Positions 50,985-64,000 of a stretch of DNA of 64,000 bases are shown here, piece after piece. The notes beneath the pieces were generated by a model, which searched no databases, had not been told where the DNA came from, and worked only from the letters and a program-made list of their open reading frames with translations. Each line of letters opens with the position of its first letter. Within the stretch, counting starts at the first letter, position 1. Made by a program: the position numbers and the translations under genes. The stretch comes from Lingula anatina (lineage: Eukaryota > Animalia > Brachiopoda), in the NCBI GenBank assembly GCA_051362555.1, contig CM120647.1:15600651-15664650 (forward strand). Reading direction: 5' to 3'.

Positions 50985-53740
50985 TTTCGGTTGTGAAATA
51001 TGAAAGTCAGTGCTGATGATTAAGGAAATGCGAATGCGGTAAAAGGACATATTTTGCTTCGCTGGCGCGAGACGAAAGTGCGTGGTTTGATTGTGAAATA
51101 ATGGGGCGTTTATGAGGTCAGAGCTCCCACTTTTGCTTGCACACTGCGGGGATAAATCCAATGTCTAACGTATGTGACATAACAGAAAGTCATTAAAATT
51201 TCGTAATAACTACTAGTACACGTAAATATTTATTTGACATATATGAGCAATGCGATTGTTTATTGTTACTTGCCTTTGTGATGAAATGTTTCGATTTATA
51301 TTTAATGATTTTTTTTATTCGAGATCATCATCGCCTGTAATCTGAGCTCTCGGGCTAATGTAAATTAAACGTTTATTATGGCCTGTAATTTTTTTTCTAA
51401 TAGATATTTGGCATTGGTTTTATTTACCTTGTCTTAAGCATTTATTATGTCTTTCTAGTTTGTTTGAAAGGGACATTTAGGATTGGTTTTATTTACCTCG
51501 CTCCTTATTACCATTAGTTTACAACTTCTGTTATAATAAGATAGGTGTTTGTACAAGAGGGTCCAGCTTTAATTGCACTTTTATCTCATCGTGTGGTTTA
51601 CTCTCTTTCATATATAGTAGTAAGAGAGATGTTACGAACACGATTAATATTGTTGAATGTCCCCAAAACGACCGAAATAATACATGTAATGACAATTAAA
51701 AGCAACTTGAACACAAATTAAATCCATTAAGTAACGTCTTGCATAATAGGTGAGGTTTTTCGCAAAATAAAAAAATGACAAAATCATTGCGGTTGTAGGA
51801 AAGTGCAGTCGACGTGTTTATAAACATTGCATTCCCTCTACATCAAGTCAATTCATCTTGGGCTTTGGTGTTGGTAAATGGCAGGGCGTTACACATATAT
51901 AAACCCTTAATGGTATTCAAATGCCTATCGAAAGGAGAAGAAAGTGTGACAATTTTGGTTTTATCCACTTGATGACATACGTCGCACATTCCTTTTTTTA
52001 TGGTACCATAATGTAGATTTTATTACCAAAAAGAATCCATCGCGCACAGGAAGTGGTATGTTAATCATGTGACCTTGCCATGTGATTATCCCATACTCGT
52101 ACTGATACGCACCCAGTATGAACATCCGAAGTTGGATTGATATTGGCTAGAAAATGCCCCGTCCTTGTTTTTAAACGAATAGATCGACACAAATAAATGC
52201 ACAACGTTTTAGAAATATTGTGATAATACAAAAGCAGCTTTCTTTATTCAAGACTACACTTTGTGAAGGAGACATATTTAATAGATATACGGTTTGCCAC
52301 GCCAAGCACTAGGCCCGAATATCTTTTATTCACCGGCGTCTAGTATGGGGAAATTATTCAAAATTGACACCCATTACTTATTTTATGCTCAAGCTGTGGA
52401 AAAGTGGATGGAGGGCATTTTGTTACACACATTGCGTCTATCAGGACGTTAAAAGACATTGCCACTTAATGTCTTTCTTAATTTCAGTGTTAAGTTTTTT
52501 TTATAAATACAAATAGGATACAACTTCAAAACTATAAAAATACATTGAAAGTGATATATCGACATCTGTATAGTTGTTGCGTGGTATTATAGCATCGAAT
52601 AACGTTGTCTAAGATTTTGTGGTATCATCTATGTCAGTATAAGTTCTCTCACGATTTAATGTTTAATTTACATTACTTATCATGGAACAGATTTGGAAAA
52701 TCACAAGCACGCAATAGCCTCTTCAACGAATCCGCAAACATCAGTACGTTTAAAATGACACAATTTACATGAAAAGACATAAAGTGACGCCAGGCGCCAT
52801 GATATACAATGTACTAATAACCAAAGTCTTCACCTCATCAAAATTATTTGACTATATTTAGTGTTTGAAATATAAAATTACAAATCGTACAAGCCAGTGA
52901 AATGCACATGCATGTTTTTACACGTTCATGTAAAAATATTTTAATATGTATTTTCCATAGCACATTCTCTTAAATGGATAAATGTATTTGCAAATCGAGC
53001 GTAAATGGACCTTTAATCATGAAGCAGAAATGGGCATATTGTATACCCTGCAACTAAGGGGTGACGCCCAAATGAAGCGGCCCCGCCTTTCCCCAGAGCT
53101 GCATGCATTACAGTGTTCATGGTGACAGATATGGTTCATATGTGATAAGGCCATGTGTACCGGTACATTTAGAACACTGGGAAAAGAGGGAGGGAAATTG
53201 AACGTTGAGTACACGTAAATGTATGCGTGGTGCTGTAAACCACGTTTGCTGATACACCGGCCTAACCAGTGGAAATGTAAACTGATACATCACATAACGA
53301 TGAAAATTGTCAGGTTTTTTTTTGTTTTTTTGTTTTCATTTCAACAGAAAGGGGACGCACGTGAACACTGAAGAATCAGTCTGCTCAAAAAATTTAAGAC
53401 ATTTGCGCTGTAACTAGATGGCCGATTTTCAAAAAACATCAACAAGTAAAAAAAAAGGGTGGAGGCCACAACTTCTACATATAATTATAGATTATATTAT
53501 TAGCATACGGGTAGGTCTTAACTTTTTATTCTGCGTATAGGTTCACACAACTATTTATTGCACTTTGTTTGTATTTCCAACTCACTTTAATAAACTATTT
53601 TGGATCGATTTTTTATCTCTTGGCTTTTCTTTAGCTGTATCGTTTTGGCCAATTGATCATCAATTTTTCAGCGGGTTGGAATCAACGTGAAAACTCTAAA
53701 TTTTCTGCATTTTACTAATGGTTCTTAAACACGGGAATCA

Positions 53741-54123
53741 CAGGGTTAATACTTAATATGGAATATTATTTTTTGGCGATTAAAATTTTCTACAAAATGT
53801 TAATTGATTACAGTAAATCATGACGTTCTTTGCCTGTGTACAGTAGCATATCGCTGTCCGGAGGTTATCATTCTCTTTAATATCTTAGCTTAAATTTAAT
53901 ACTGACACCAAACTGTTGATATTGCTTTCTGGGAGGGGTTGTTCTTTTCTTTTGAATGACATATTATGTCAGATTTGATATTATTGACCAAAATATCTCA
54001 CAATAAAGAATGGATATTATTTATTACTCAATTACATATTTTTTGATGAATAAAGCCAAAAAAATTTAACCTGCACTAAAAAATAACAATGATGAAAAAA
54101 TTCCATATTAAGTATTATCCCTG
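53741..54123 (+). mobile_element. Internal-deletion derivative (MITE) of the Tc1 family at 10480-12074
   Basis: Same TIR (CAGGGTTAATACTTAATATGGAATATTATTTTTTGGCG); after ~65 bp it jumps to sequence matching ~11760-12074. Confidence 0.85.
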
Positions 54124-55389
54124 TATTTACTAGTGTAAGGCAAACTAAAACATTATTGCGTACGGGTGATTTCTGCAAATAAACGCATTTGTATCTTTTA
54201 TACACTTTCAGTCATTTAATTTTAATATCTTTATTTTCAGAATTTGTGCTCATTTAAATACAAAGTGTTGCAAAATATGTCTAGTCTAATCTTCTTTCGT
54301 ATGTTGATTTATAGTGAATAAGAAAGAAACACCGGCAACCAATATGGTTTTAATAGAACATTTAAACAAAACCCACTCCGCAATCACAACCTGGGGAATG
54401 CCTTTGATCACCCAATGGTCGAATTCTCCATATACCGGTAACTTTTTTCATTTCAACATGAAAAATATCCTCTTCGATACCCGCCCAAACTGTTGCCATC
54501 TGAAAAGTAAATGAAACTGCATAATCTATGCTCTTATTATAATTCCAAAAATGGGTCCTTAAACGTAAATAAGATTGGTTTCAGCGTTCTTGCGTTGTCA
54601 CAAAAATGGATTATAAAATTGTTAGTACAGTTATCATGTAAAATATATTTCGGTTTGTATGAAAAAAGAAAATAAGCAAAAGCAAAAAACTCTGCAGAAA
54701 CAACTCTGCTATAAAAATTTCTGTTAAGTGTATATTCGTAATATATTGCTTGAACAACATCTTGTAGGTAACAACAACAAATAATAATAATAACTGTTGT
54801 CGCTTACGACAACAAGTTGTGATTACGGTCGTATTACTAGTCATTTTTGTTTTGTTATGCAAATGCTTTGCTCAGTATATATACGGCCAGCAGTAGTTCT
54901 GGGCGCGGCCACGTTTGTATTTGACGAGCAGAAGGCTCAGGTCGCCAAGTCTCAAGATTTAGTAGTCACTTCGGCAAAATTTGTGGATCACCATCGGGCG
55001 GGAAAAGCCACATTTCTCTGTACGTATTGTTAACCATTTGCACAATGTATATGTAAAAGCATAAGTCGTTTTGTCTCGCCAAATTTATAGTATGCACAAC
55101 ATTTCCTGTTTCTTATTATTAATTCATTATTTCTTTTTATATTTGTATTCAGTTTATATTATATTTGTGTATTTTTATACTATCAGTTTGCAGTTTATAT
55201 TTCATTATTTTGTTATTTTAGTATCACCATGTCTATGTCAGTGTATGTGCGTGAATAAAGGTGTGAACATTTTCCCGTTGTTTTTGTTCGTTTGGTGAGG
55301 GATACGCAACAACAATAATAATAATAATAATAAACATTTGTTTCGTGCGATAAAATATTCAAATGAAAGCAATAAAAACCTTAACTTAC

Positions 55390-56012
55390 ATAAGCAGCAG
55401 ATGAAGCAGTATCTAGATTGATATGCTGGTCCAGGGCACCGCACTGCAGGGAGACTGGTGCACCTGCGATGACGCGTGGAACAACACGTTGCCAGAGAAC
55501 AAGGTGACCAGGGTGACCAGCTTGACCATTCACTTTGACCTATAAAACAAGGGATCGTGATATTTATTATATTAACTTAGATTTGAGCTACTTGAAGTTG
55601 GTATTGATTTTTTTCTTTTCCATTTATTGAAAGCTTCGCAGTCCCTACGAAATCAAATTGAATACATATGAAAGAAAACATCCTCATAATTGAAGAATCT
55701 GGTACAGGATTCACACTCCTGATTTTCTATTATTAATTCCAATCTATTATCATTTTTATAACCATTTTAACGGTTATTTTAAGTAATTTAATCTTACTTC
55801 AATAAAGTACTATATTTTATATGTGTGTTCAATATATGTTTTATATATTCCAAAGAAAGTAAAATAAACCCTTATTATGCCTGTTTATTAAACCACATTT
55901 TATCTGGAGAAATATTTCATGAAAGAAAGAGCGAATTGCACAGCAACAACAGCAACAACAACAACAACAATACTGCTTATACTATAACTACCACTACTAT
56001 TACATGCACTAT

Positions 56013-56053
<41 letters not shown>

Positions 56054-59000
56054 ATAATAATAATAATAATAATAAATAATAATAAATAATAATAACGGCA
56101 ATACACATATATTCATTACCTGGGCACTCTCCCCCGGTACACGACCGTGTCTCTGTTTTAGGTTCTGTACAGCGGAGTCCCACCTGAGTCCTGGTCTGCT
56201 TACACTCTGCGTCACAGGCCGACCACTCCTTCCATGAACACACTAAACAGGAGTTTGAAAATATTTTATATTTAATATATTCAGTGTGAATTGCTTATTA
56301 TCATTTTCATTTATTCTTTACATTGTTTTTCCATTTTGTTTGTTTGTTTGTTGGCTTTTGGTTAATTTTACATGCCTATTTTGACGCCTTGGTTGTTTTC
56401 ATGTTTAAGATTTTGTTTGTATGTTTGCATACTCTCGTTTGTTTACAATGTGTCAGGTGGGATGGAAATAGATAAGGGGCTATTGGTCGAACTCTTTTTT
56501 TTTCTGCCTGTATGCTTCTCAACCACTCACTTCTAATTCAGCGGCGGATTTAGGGGGGAGGTGTCAGGGTGGTTCCGACACCCCTTCGATTTCTGAAAAA
56601 AATCACAGCAACAGTCCCCTCTTGAAATTTGAATTTTGACTAGCTGAATCATAGTTCTAAGCCATTGCAAATGACACCGTTCGCCCTCTAAAATACCCTG
56701 GGCCCCAAAGGGGGGAGGGGGTAGGCTTCGCATGCGCAGACCCCCTTCAAATAATCGTGGATTCACCCCTGTAATCTACAGGTAAATACTCACCGCCTGT
56801 GAGCTGAAGCTTCGACTTTGCCAGTTCTAAAGATGGTTGGCCCGTTTTTGACTTCAACAGACTTAACGATGGATTTGTCGTAGTCGTTGGCGTTGTTGTC
56901 GTCGTAGTTGTAGTCGTAGGCGTTGTTGTCGTCGTAGTTGTTGTTGTAGTTGTAGTCGTAGGCGTTGTTGTCGTAGTTGTTGAGGTTGTCGTCGTTGTTG
57001 TTGTCCTTCTGCGTTTGTTTCCCTCTGAAATAAAGGCCGTATATCAGGTCTAAGTTTGACACTGCGTGAGAGCGGAAATCTCCACTCCAGTGTTATTAAT
57101 AAATAGTCTGTTCCATGCAAATTGAATGACCTATATATAATGTATATATTGACCCCATGGGTACACACATGTGGTAGGAACGCTCTACCCCTTTTCGAAA
57201 GCAAATTACAGAATATAATAATTGCCCTGATGCCGTCTGACTCGAGCCCTTAATGCAGGAATACTTCAATTAAGATGCCCCAAAGAGAAATAGAGTTTCT
57301 GGAAAATAATCTGCATGGAGAGTATGGGTAAATTACCCCCTTATAACCCCCCCCCCCTTAATGCTCTTTCATAATCTGATTATCTATGAACTTTTTACAT
57401 TGAATTGGTAACTTAAACAGCACCAAACTGCAACTTTGACATGCTATGGGTGAGATTTGTAGAAAGATGAATGAATCAAAAGTGCAGACTCTTACCCGCA
57501 GCGCAAGCAGCGACACCTATCGCCGTAGTGATTTTGCTCAGACTGCTGATGTCGCTCACCGTGAAAACGAGGTCGGGGTCTCCCTGTGCTATCTGGACCA
57601 GTTCCTCAAAGTCTATGGACGGGCCTGCTCCGACTGCGATGGTGCGAATACCGTCTTCCCCCAACTGATAAGCCGCCTCGTCTACGGTATAACGACCTGG
57701 AATGGACGGATGAAAGGATCGGGTTTTTTTTCATAGCATACCTATTATACTATCCGGGGTTTTTGTACCACATAAATATGAATTTCCTCGGGACAAAAAG
57801 TTCTGCTGAGAATAATTACTGGAGCCTTCACGCCACTTGAAGTCGATGTTTAACAACATTTTCTGTCAAATAATTTAGTCATATGTTCAGACCGCCGTGT
57901 CTTCCTTGCATTTCAGAAGGAAATGCATGTTTATTTTTGGGATTTCTCGTTTTTAAGGTCTGAACCGGGAAAGAAAAAAAAATGTTTTTCAGGATGTGTA
58001 GTCAAAGAAAATATGACTCTGACACATTTTCGGATAATATACACTTAAATTGTTCACACCCACATATACATTTAATCCAAAATAGATTTGATTATCTAAT
58101 GTGATTTTTTTAAAACTGCAGTATTTATACACGAAAAGAAGCATTTTTCATCCATGCATGAACACCCTTTAGTATGTGCCTACACAATTATAAACATATT
58201 TTATTCAACAAAACATCTCGCATAACTGGATACAAATTCCTTTGGGAGGCGTAAGTCGTTAAATTGTATACCAAGTGGTCATTATTAAAATGTGTGATAA
58301 TTCGATACGCGGTGAAACGGTTTACTTTTTTCCATGAGGTACATTACTTTGGTTTAATAGCTCCGCGCGCATATAAACATAAAACAATAAACAATACACC
58401 CTGTGTACAAACCAACAGACGTTGAAATGACAACACATTGCAGAACACATTAACGGTGACATGAATGGTAGGGGTGAAAGAAATATGTGCCCTTGAATTT
58501 TAAATGGGTGTAGGGCAAAGGCGGAATAAAACACCGAGTTTCCGCCATGCCGATTTACATATACATTCAAGTCAACTTTAATTGGTAAGCTTTTCGGAGA
58601 CGTGTTTTTTTATTTTTCTGTAATAAATAATCAATTTTTTTATTTTCGATAACAAAAAAACATACAATTTAAGATTCCAATAGTTATGTTTTATAACTGT
58701 GCAAACATTGTCTCAAAATGGTAAAACGAAAGCCTTTAAAACATAAATTTCTCATTTAATTTTCTTTTTTAACTCTTACCTTTTCCTTTCCCTTTGGTAC
58801 TGACGCCATCAGTCAGAACGAGAACAGCCTGCGTCACGTTCCGATTCTGACCTCGGCCTTTGAAACTGAAACGCTGGTCGTTTCCTTTCAAAATCAGTTC
58901 CCTGCATCTCATCATGGCGTCCCCCGTGAATGTCTCACCGCGGAGGAGCTGCATGTGCCGAAACCGGTACAGGACGTTCTGCGTTGCCTGGGAATCCGAG

Positions 59001-59320
59001 AAACGCAGCTCAGTGCGAAAGCGATTGCTGAACGTCACGGCGGCATAATGGGCTCTCACGTCTTGTCCGAATTCGGCGATTCGAGAGACAAGGTCTTGTG
59101 CGAAGCGTTTTTCGTGCTCCCAGCCTGTCAGCTTGTTCTTCTGCTTCTGTGTTAAGCTGGAAGATGCGTCTATGGCCAGACACATGTTAATCGTACACGC
59201 TGGAATAAAATTGGCCAAGACTCTTTATAGAACCTTTTATAGAACATACATCTGCATTAATAACAGTTACTGTTTTTTTTCAATGATGGGTTGCTAACGT
59301 GTATGACTTCCTTAAAAGGA

Positions 59321-59351
<31 letters not shown>

Positions 59352-60772
59352 GCAATAATAGGATAAGGTGTTATCATTTTTTTTTCTCTAGTATTTGTTT
59401 ATGTTTAATTGTCTGTGACCCTCTTTAATACGGAAGCATTATGGGATTCAATGAACGAATAAAATTGGACCGATACTAGAGATGTTTTATAAACAAATTG
59501 AATCGTAATTTTATTTAGTTCACTTTTTAGTTCATTTTCATTTTTATGTGTACTTTGCACTCAGCGCAAAGAAGGTATTTTACGTGACGTATTTCAACAC
59601 AATAACGGGAATGGTTTCGCAAGAGTCATATACAGAAAATGGCTAAAGCTGATAGAACAGGGGTTTTGGTTACTTTAATACAAAATAATCTCATATGAGT
59701 AGGAGTAAATAAATAACCGACTGGTCAGACAAATTAGCCATGTTTTTTCCTGTTACGAACCAGATCCGTTTAACTGGACTACGAATACTCTATTTTGGGT
59801 CAAATTGACTACAGTTTTAGTCGAAAAGCTTAGACCAATTCTTGGGCTAAAGCCCTTTTGTGACACATGCCCCCAGCAGGGCAAGGTGCGTGACGCCGTT
59901 ATAAATTAATGGGGAATGTATGGGCGTTGAATGTACGCTGACGCGAAATTAAATGCCTTTAATGGGGAAAGTTACACTTAAAATCGAGGGAGGGATGTGA
60001 GGGATCGTGACCTAGAATGAGCACTCATTCTACTGATCTCTTACGCTCTGCCATTGAGGACATTTGTATATACTATAAAATAATGGTGCTGTTATTCAAT
60101 CAAATGTTGAAATTGCTGAATATACCATCTAAAATCATAAAATGGAGGAAACATATAAAAATATGACTAAAAAAAAAAAAAAAGAGAAGAAAGTATTTTA
60201 AGTACTTAATACAGATTTGAGCTAGTTGGTGGCAGTAGCACCTTGTCAAATTCGTTTTGTAGCGACATTTTTCTAATGTAAATGGATTTAATGCCTTTCC
60301 AATTATAAAAGTGGCCAGTGTGTTTCCCTCAGAAATGATTTATCTTATTTTCTGCACTAAACCAAACGCCCATTATAGCCTCAGTGAAGCTTTGTTCGGA
60401 ATTAGTCAACTTCAATAAACTATTTCATCATCGAGTCTCAAAACACAACAACTGAGATACACTTACATACACACAATTAAACAATAAGCATCTAAAAACT
60501 TTACACTAAATGGTTAGTGTTAGGTACGTGATGCATCATCACCCTCACTCTTAGAAAGTGGGCTTTTTTGGAACAAAATTCTAACAATTTATGTTCATGT
60601 TAATATCTGGAGATAGAAGCCTGGAATGCACCCATACCATACACTCATAAAAGCACGTACCTTTCAATCGATTCATTAGCGCCGATGACATTTCGGGCAA
60701 CTTCTGTGATTCAATGACTCCTAGTTTTGCCAGAAGTACTATCGCAAACACAGTTCTCAAGCAGGCCGCCAT
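55390..60772 (-). CDS. Secreted vWA - short Thr stalk - 2x TSP1 protein (paralog 2); 3' end unresolved
   Basis: Exons 60772-60661 (signal), 59199-58780 (vWA, DASSS…TDG), 57696-57496, 57024-56794 (EGNKRRR plus Thr-rich), 56242-56120 (TSP1) and 55539-55390 (WSSWSPWSPC…RYCFICCL); all phase 1. Clearly homologous to paralog 1. Confidence 0.82.
56539..56771. mobile_element. Degenerate MITE
   Basis: CAGCGGCGGATTTA… / …TGGATTCACCCCTG imperfect TIRs; flanks TAATT and TAATC; GC-rich block in an AT-rich intron. Confidence 0.6.
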
Positions 60773-63700
60773 ATTTGCTCTTTGATATTTACTTGTCTTT
60801 CCAAAGTTATTTCTTATCCAATATATCCTGGAATTAAACATCAGACGCCGTATTAATAAAATTCTGGTAAGATAGATATTTTGAATGAAATGTATCAGTG
60901 CATATTAAATTCTAGCACAAAGCATATGCTATGTTGAAAGAAAATTTATAATTAATGTTCCAGCACCATGTCATAGTTGACATGTACCATATATTCCCCA
61001 TGAATGCAAATATTTACCATTAGTTAAACTTATGGTCATTAAAATATGCAAACTTTAGCTAACCTTAAAATCATACCGCAAAACTGACAAATTACCTTAA
61101 TTTTGATAAACGTATTTTCGAAATAGATGGAGTCCGTTCTGTCTGCTTCGGTGGCGTTTCCTCCAAAGACAGCAAAATTATACTAACTGTTCTTAAGTGA
61201 TGGCTATTTATACAACGAGGCTTCACATCCGGGGTGGACCTCGCGAGAAAAATGTGAAGGCGGAAAGGATGAGCATATCTTGTAGACTTAGTCACCACGG
61301 GGTTCTGTATTTAAACTCGCCAGCGTATCCAGCAAATTGATGTCCAATTCCACGACTTCTTGCACAAAAATGCTTTATTTAATAACGCATTTCGATTCCG
61401 TGTGGTTTAATGCCTCGTAATGTAAATTCTATGACCTTGCCTTAAACGAGGTGCCAAGAAATATTTTATTGAAATGAAATTTTATTACATTTGGAACAAA
61501 ACAGTGAAAGGTGAATCGCGCCCTATGGCATGTTTGATGAGTCTAATACCTTAAAGCATTAGCTATATTTGCGTCATGCTCTACGGATTTGGAAGCATTA
61601 TACAATATTACAAACAATATGTGTGCCCCGTGGTTTGTCGCCTCATGCTACATTTACGATCAAAAGGTACCCGTGTTTTCTTAAACCGCTGCTAAATATG
61701 TAATTTCGTTTCGTCTCTTGAGACAGTCCTTATGGTGAATTATTCAATGGTATCCAATGGTTTTATATTCCAAGCACCGGTTGTTCCATATCGTTTAACC
61801 TTAATGCAATCTGTTATCATTTCGTGTAAACATCTTATCAATTACTGGTTTATTAAATAAAATGTCAAATTTAAGTCTCAACTTGGACTCTTTAAATTAC
61901 ATAAAAGAAAATAGCTTGATTGATCCCCCTCCCATTAAAGAACCTAAGATGACGAGCTTGAATGTCATTGTCCTTAAAATGAATTTGAAATTTGATGTGA
62001 GCACATTAATTCTGGCCAAGTTAACTTTTTTTAAGTATTACGGGATTTCCAATTACCTATTTATTATTAAGTGAATGTGATTCAGATAGCCAGTGATATG
62101 TTAGGTCATCCGAGATATTAGAATAGAAAAAATTCATAATTATGATAAAAATAATAGTTTCTCTATGATGAAGAGGGGGCATCGTTGCAATGGGCAGGTT
62201 TAAGAGGCAATGTACATAAGTAAACAAAAATAAATCCCTATGGCTGACCTGACCCCATCCACCCACACCCACCTACGATGACACCCGACATTCCAAAGCT
62301 CACCGAGCCAGTCTCGACGAGTCAGTCGCGCGATCATGGGCCTTGGATCCTGACTCAAATGATTAATGCCATTTAGTCTCTCTAGAGATTACATAGTTTT
62401 TAACCACCTTTATGCAAGAGAAAGTCAATTGCCTGTTTTAATCAAATATATATGTATATTCAACGTTTGAAGGTAAGTAGAACGGTACGGTGGGTGTTGT
62501 AATGTTACATATTACATGACCAATTAAATTTGTTTCATTTATTGTAGTTACTTGTATCCCGAAAAATTGGGATCTCATGCCTTTTAAGTGTACCCCCTCA
62601 TCCCATAGTGACTTTTTGTTTCAATTCCGGTCCATAAATATACCATATAATGTCAATCCCACAACCTCTGGATTTTAGACAATCGCCAATTAATGCCAAA
62701 AAGTTTAGTATCAAGACAGAAATAATGCCAATTAAAACGGCGGTCTGTGGCAAAAGAAAGATTAGTCACAGTCACTGGCATGGTAAAAAGCTGTGGTAAA
62801 ACATACCTTGTGGTAGCTGGTGATGGTAGCACCTGTTAAAAGGGAGGGTGGTGCACTCATATAGCAAAGATAACTTCATGAAATTACCGTTAAAAAGCAC
62901 GTACGTGAATTATCTATTTGCCCCTACGTTACCGGTTTAAATGGTGAAGATTGAAGCTTTTAGTAAAGAATTTAATGGATAAGTCAAAGAAATGAAAAAC
63001 ATTTTTTTAAATATATTTTATAGATAGATTAAATAAATAATGACATATATTGTTGAAAATCTCAGAAAGATTAGTATAATCGTGATATGGCTCAAAGGTA
63101 TTTAAAAATCAGTTGAAGTATCCAAAGATGTGTGTGTTTCTAGGAGAAACTAAGTCTTCAGGTGGATGTACCAGTGATACTTCAGACAGGATACAGACAT
63201 GAACATTTTACCTAAGCCGTTATAAAAAACTAAAATCGGGAAAATCCCTTTTAGTTGTGCCTATAATCAAAGTACACATTGTCAAGGAAACAGGTTTTAA
63301 AATATTTTTAAATGACACATTAAGGTCCTTGGCAATTGGTTGACTTGACTTTTGGTTGACTGAAGCAGTTAGATGTTATTTTTAGAAACTTTTCGCCATA
63401 TCAATTTTAGTGACAGATTTAATGTACAAGCACGTGTCCGAAAAGGTGTCTTTTAAAATACCTGTGGTAAAAGCGGTTATTGGTGAACTTTATGACCCAG
63501 CGACTGACCGCGGTAAGAAGTTATTGGCGAAAAAAATAGAGTCAAATGAAAACTAAGAATAAAGGTTGGATACATAGTCCAATTTCCGTGACAAATCAGA
63601 CGGGTTTAGAATTTATGACGTCTGTTTTTATGGGTTAATTGATGTCATTGTTTTCATGCACTGTAAAACAAAATTAGCTAGTTTGAATGCAGGTATGGAC

Positions 63701-64000
63701 TGACAAGTGTTGGTGACTTTGTTACACATGTCTTTGTCTCTAGGATTTTTATTTGTAATATTTTGGAATACTGATGGCACCTCTGTGTCGTATTGCCGAG
63801 TGTTACACAGATTCATGTAGGATTAATTTATGAGGTCTTGCTCTCTGTATAATAAAGCACTACCGAAAAGTATACCTTAGTGTACTAGAAGGCGCATTTT
63901 ACGTCCACCCAAAATTTGGGTCAGCCTATCGTTGAAATGTGCGGTAATACAGCTAGAATGTATGTATAATGTACGGTTTCATTCACACCATGCCATTTGT

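Noticed and set aside
54955-55020. Candidate last exon of vWA paralog 2 (EKCGFSRPMVIHKFCRSDY*)
   Set aside because: The preceding exon ends in a phase-1 T, so joining gives an immediate TAG. A coding extension cannot be supported without transcripts.
56790-57204. Asn/Asp/Tyr-rich and Gln/Arg-rich ORFs
   Set aside because: Alternative frames of the Thr-rich exon 57024-56794.
61000-64000. Short ORFs at the end of the window
   Set aside because: No recognisable motifs or consistent splice structure; treated as intergenic.

Overview
AT-rich, intron-containing animal DNA with many microsatellites, probably from a marine invertebrate (inference; the taxon cannot be determined from the sequence). 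Gene models were built by hand, joining exons by splice signals and phase. The window holds: (1) a tandem segmental amplification (~1.1-19.3 kb) with two complete copies and the last exon of a third copy of a small secreted 8-Cys peptide gene that the ORF track misses, each copy accompanied by pseudogenised 3' exons of the neighbouring gene; (2) a 17-exon matrix metalloproteinase (minus strand) with no hemopexin domain, carrying Cys-rich, 3x LDLa, 2x TSP1 and 2x EGF modules instead; (3) a divergently transcribed pancreatic-lipase-family enzyme lacking the lid, the beta9 loop and the PLAT domain (PLA1-like); (4) a DEG/ENaC/ASIC-family channel with altered HG and GAS motifs; (5) two tandem paralogous secreted vWA-mucin-TSP1 genes; and (6) a decayed Tc1 transposon, its deletion derivative, a foldback element and several MITEs. 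The best candidate for a novel system is the expanding Cys-rich peptide family, whose copies differ only at amino-acid-changing codons, lying beside secreted hydrolases in a possible venom, defence or secretion locus.
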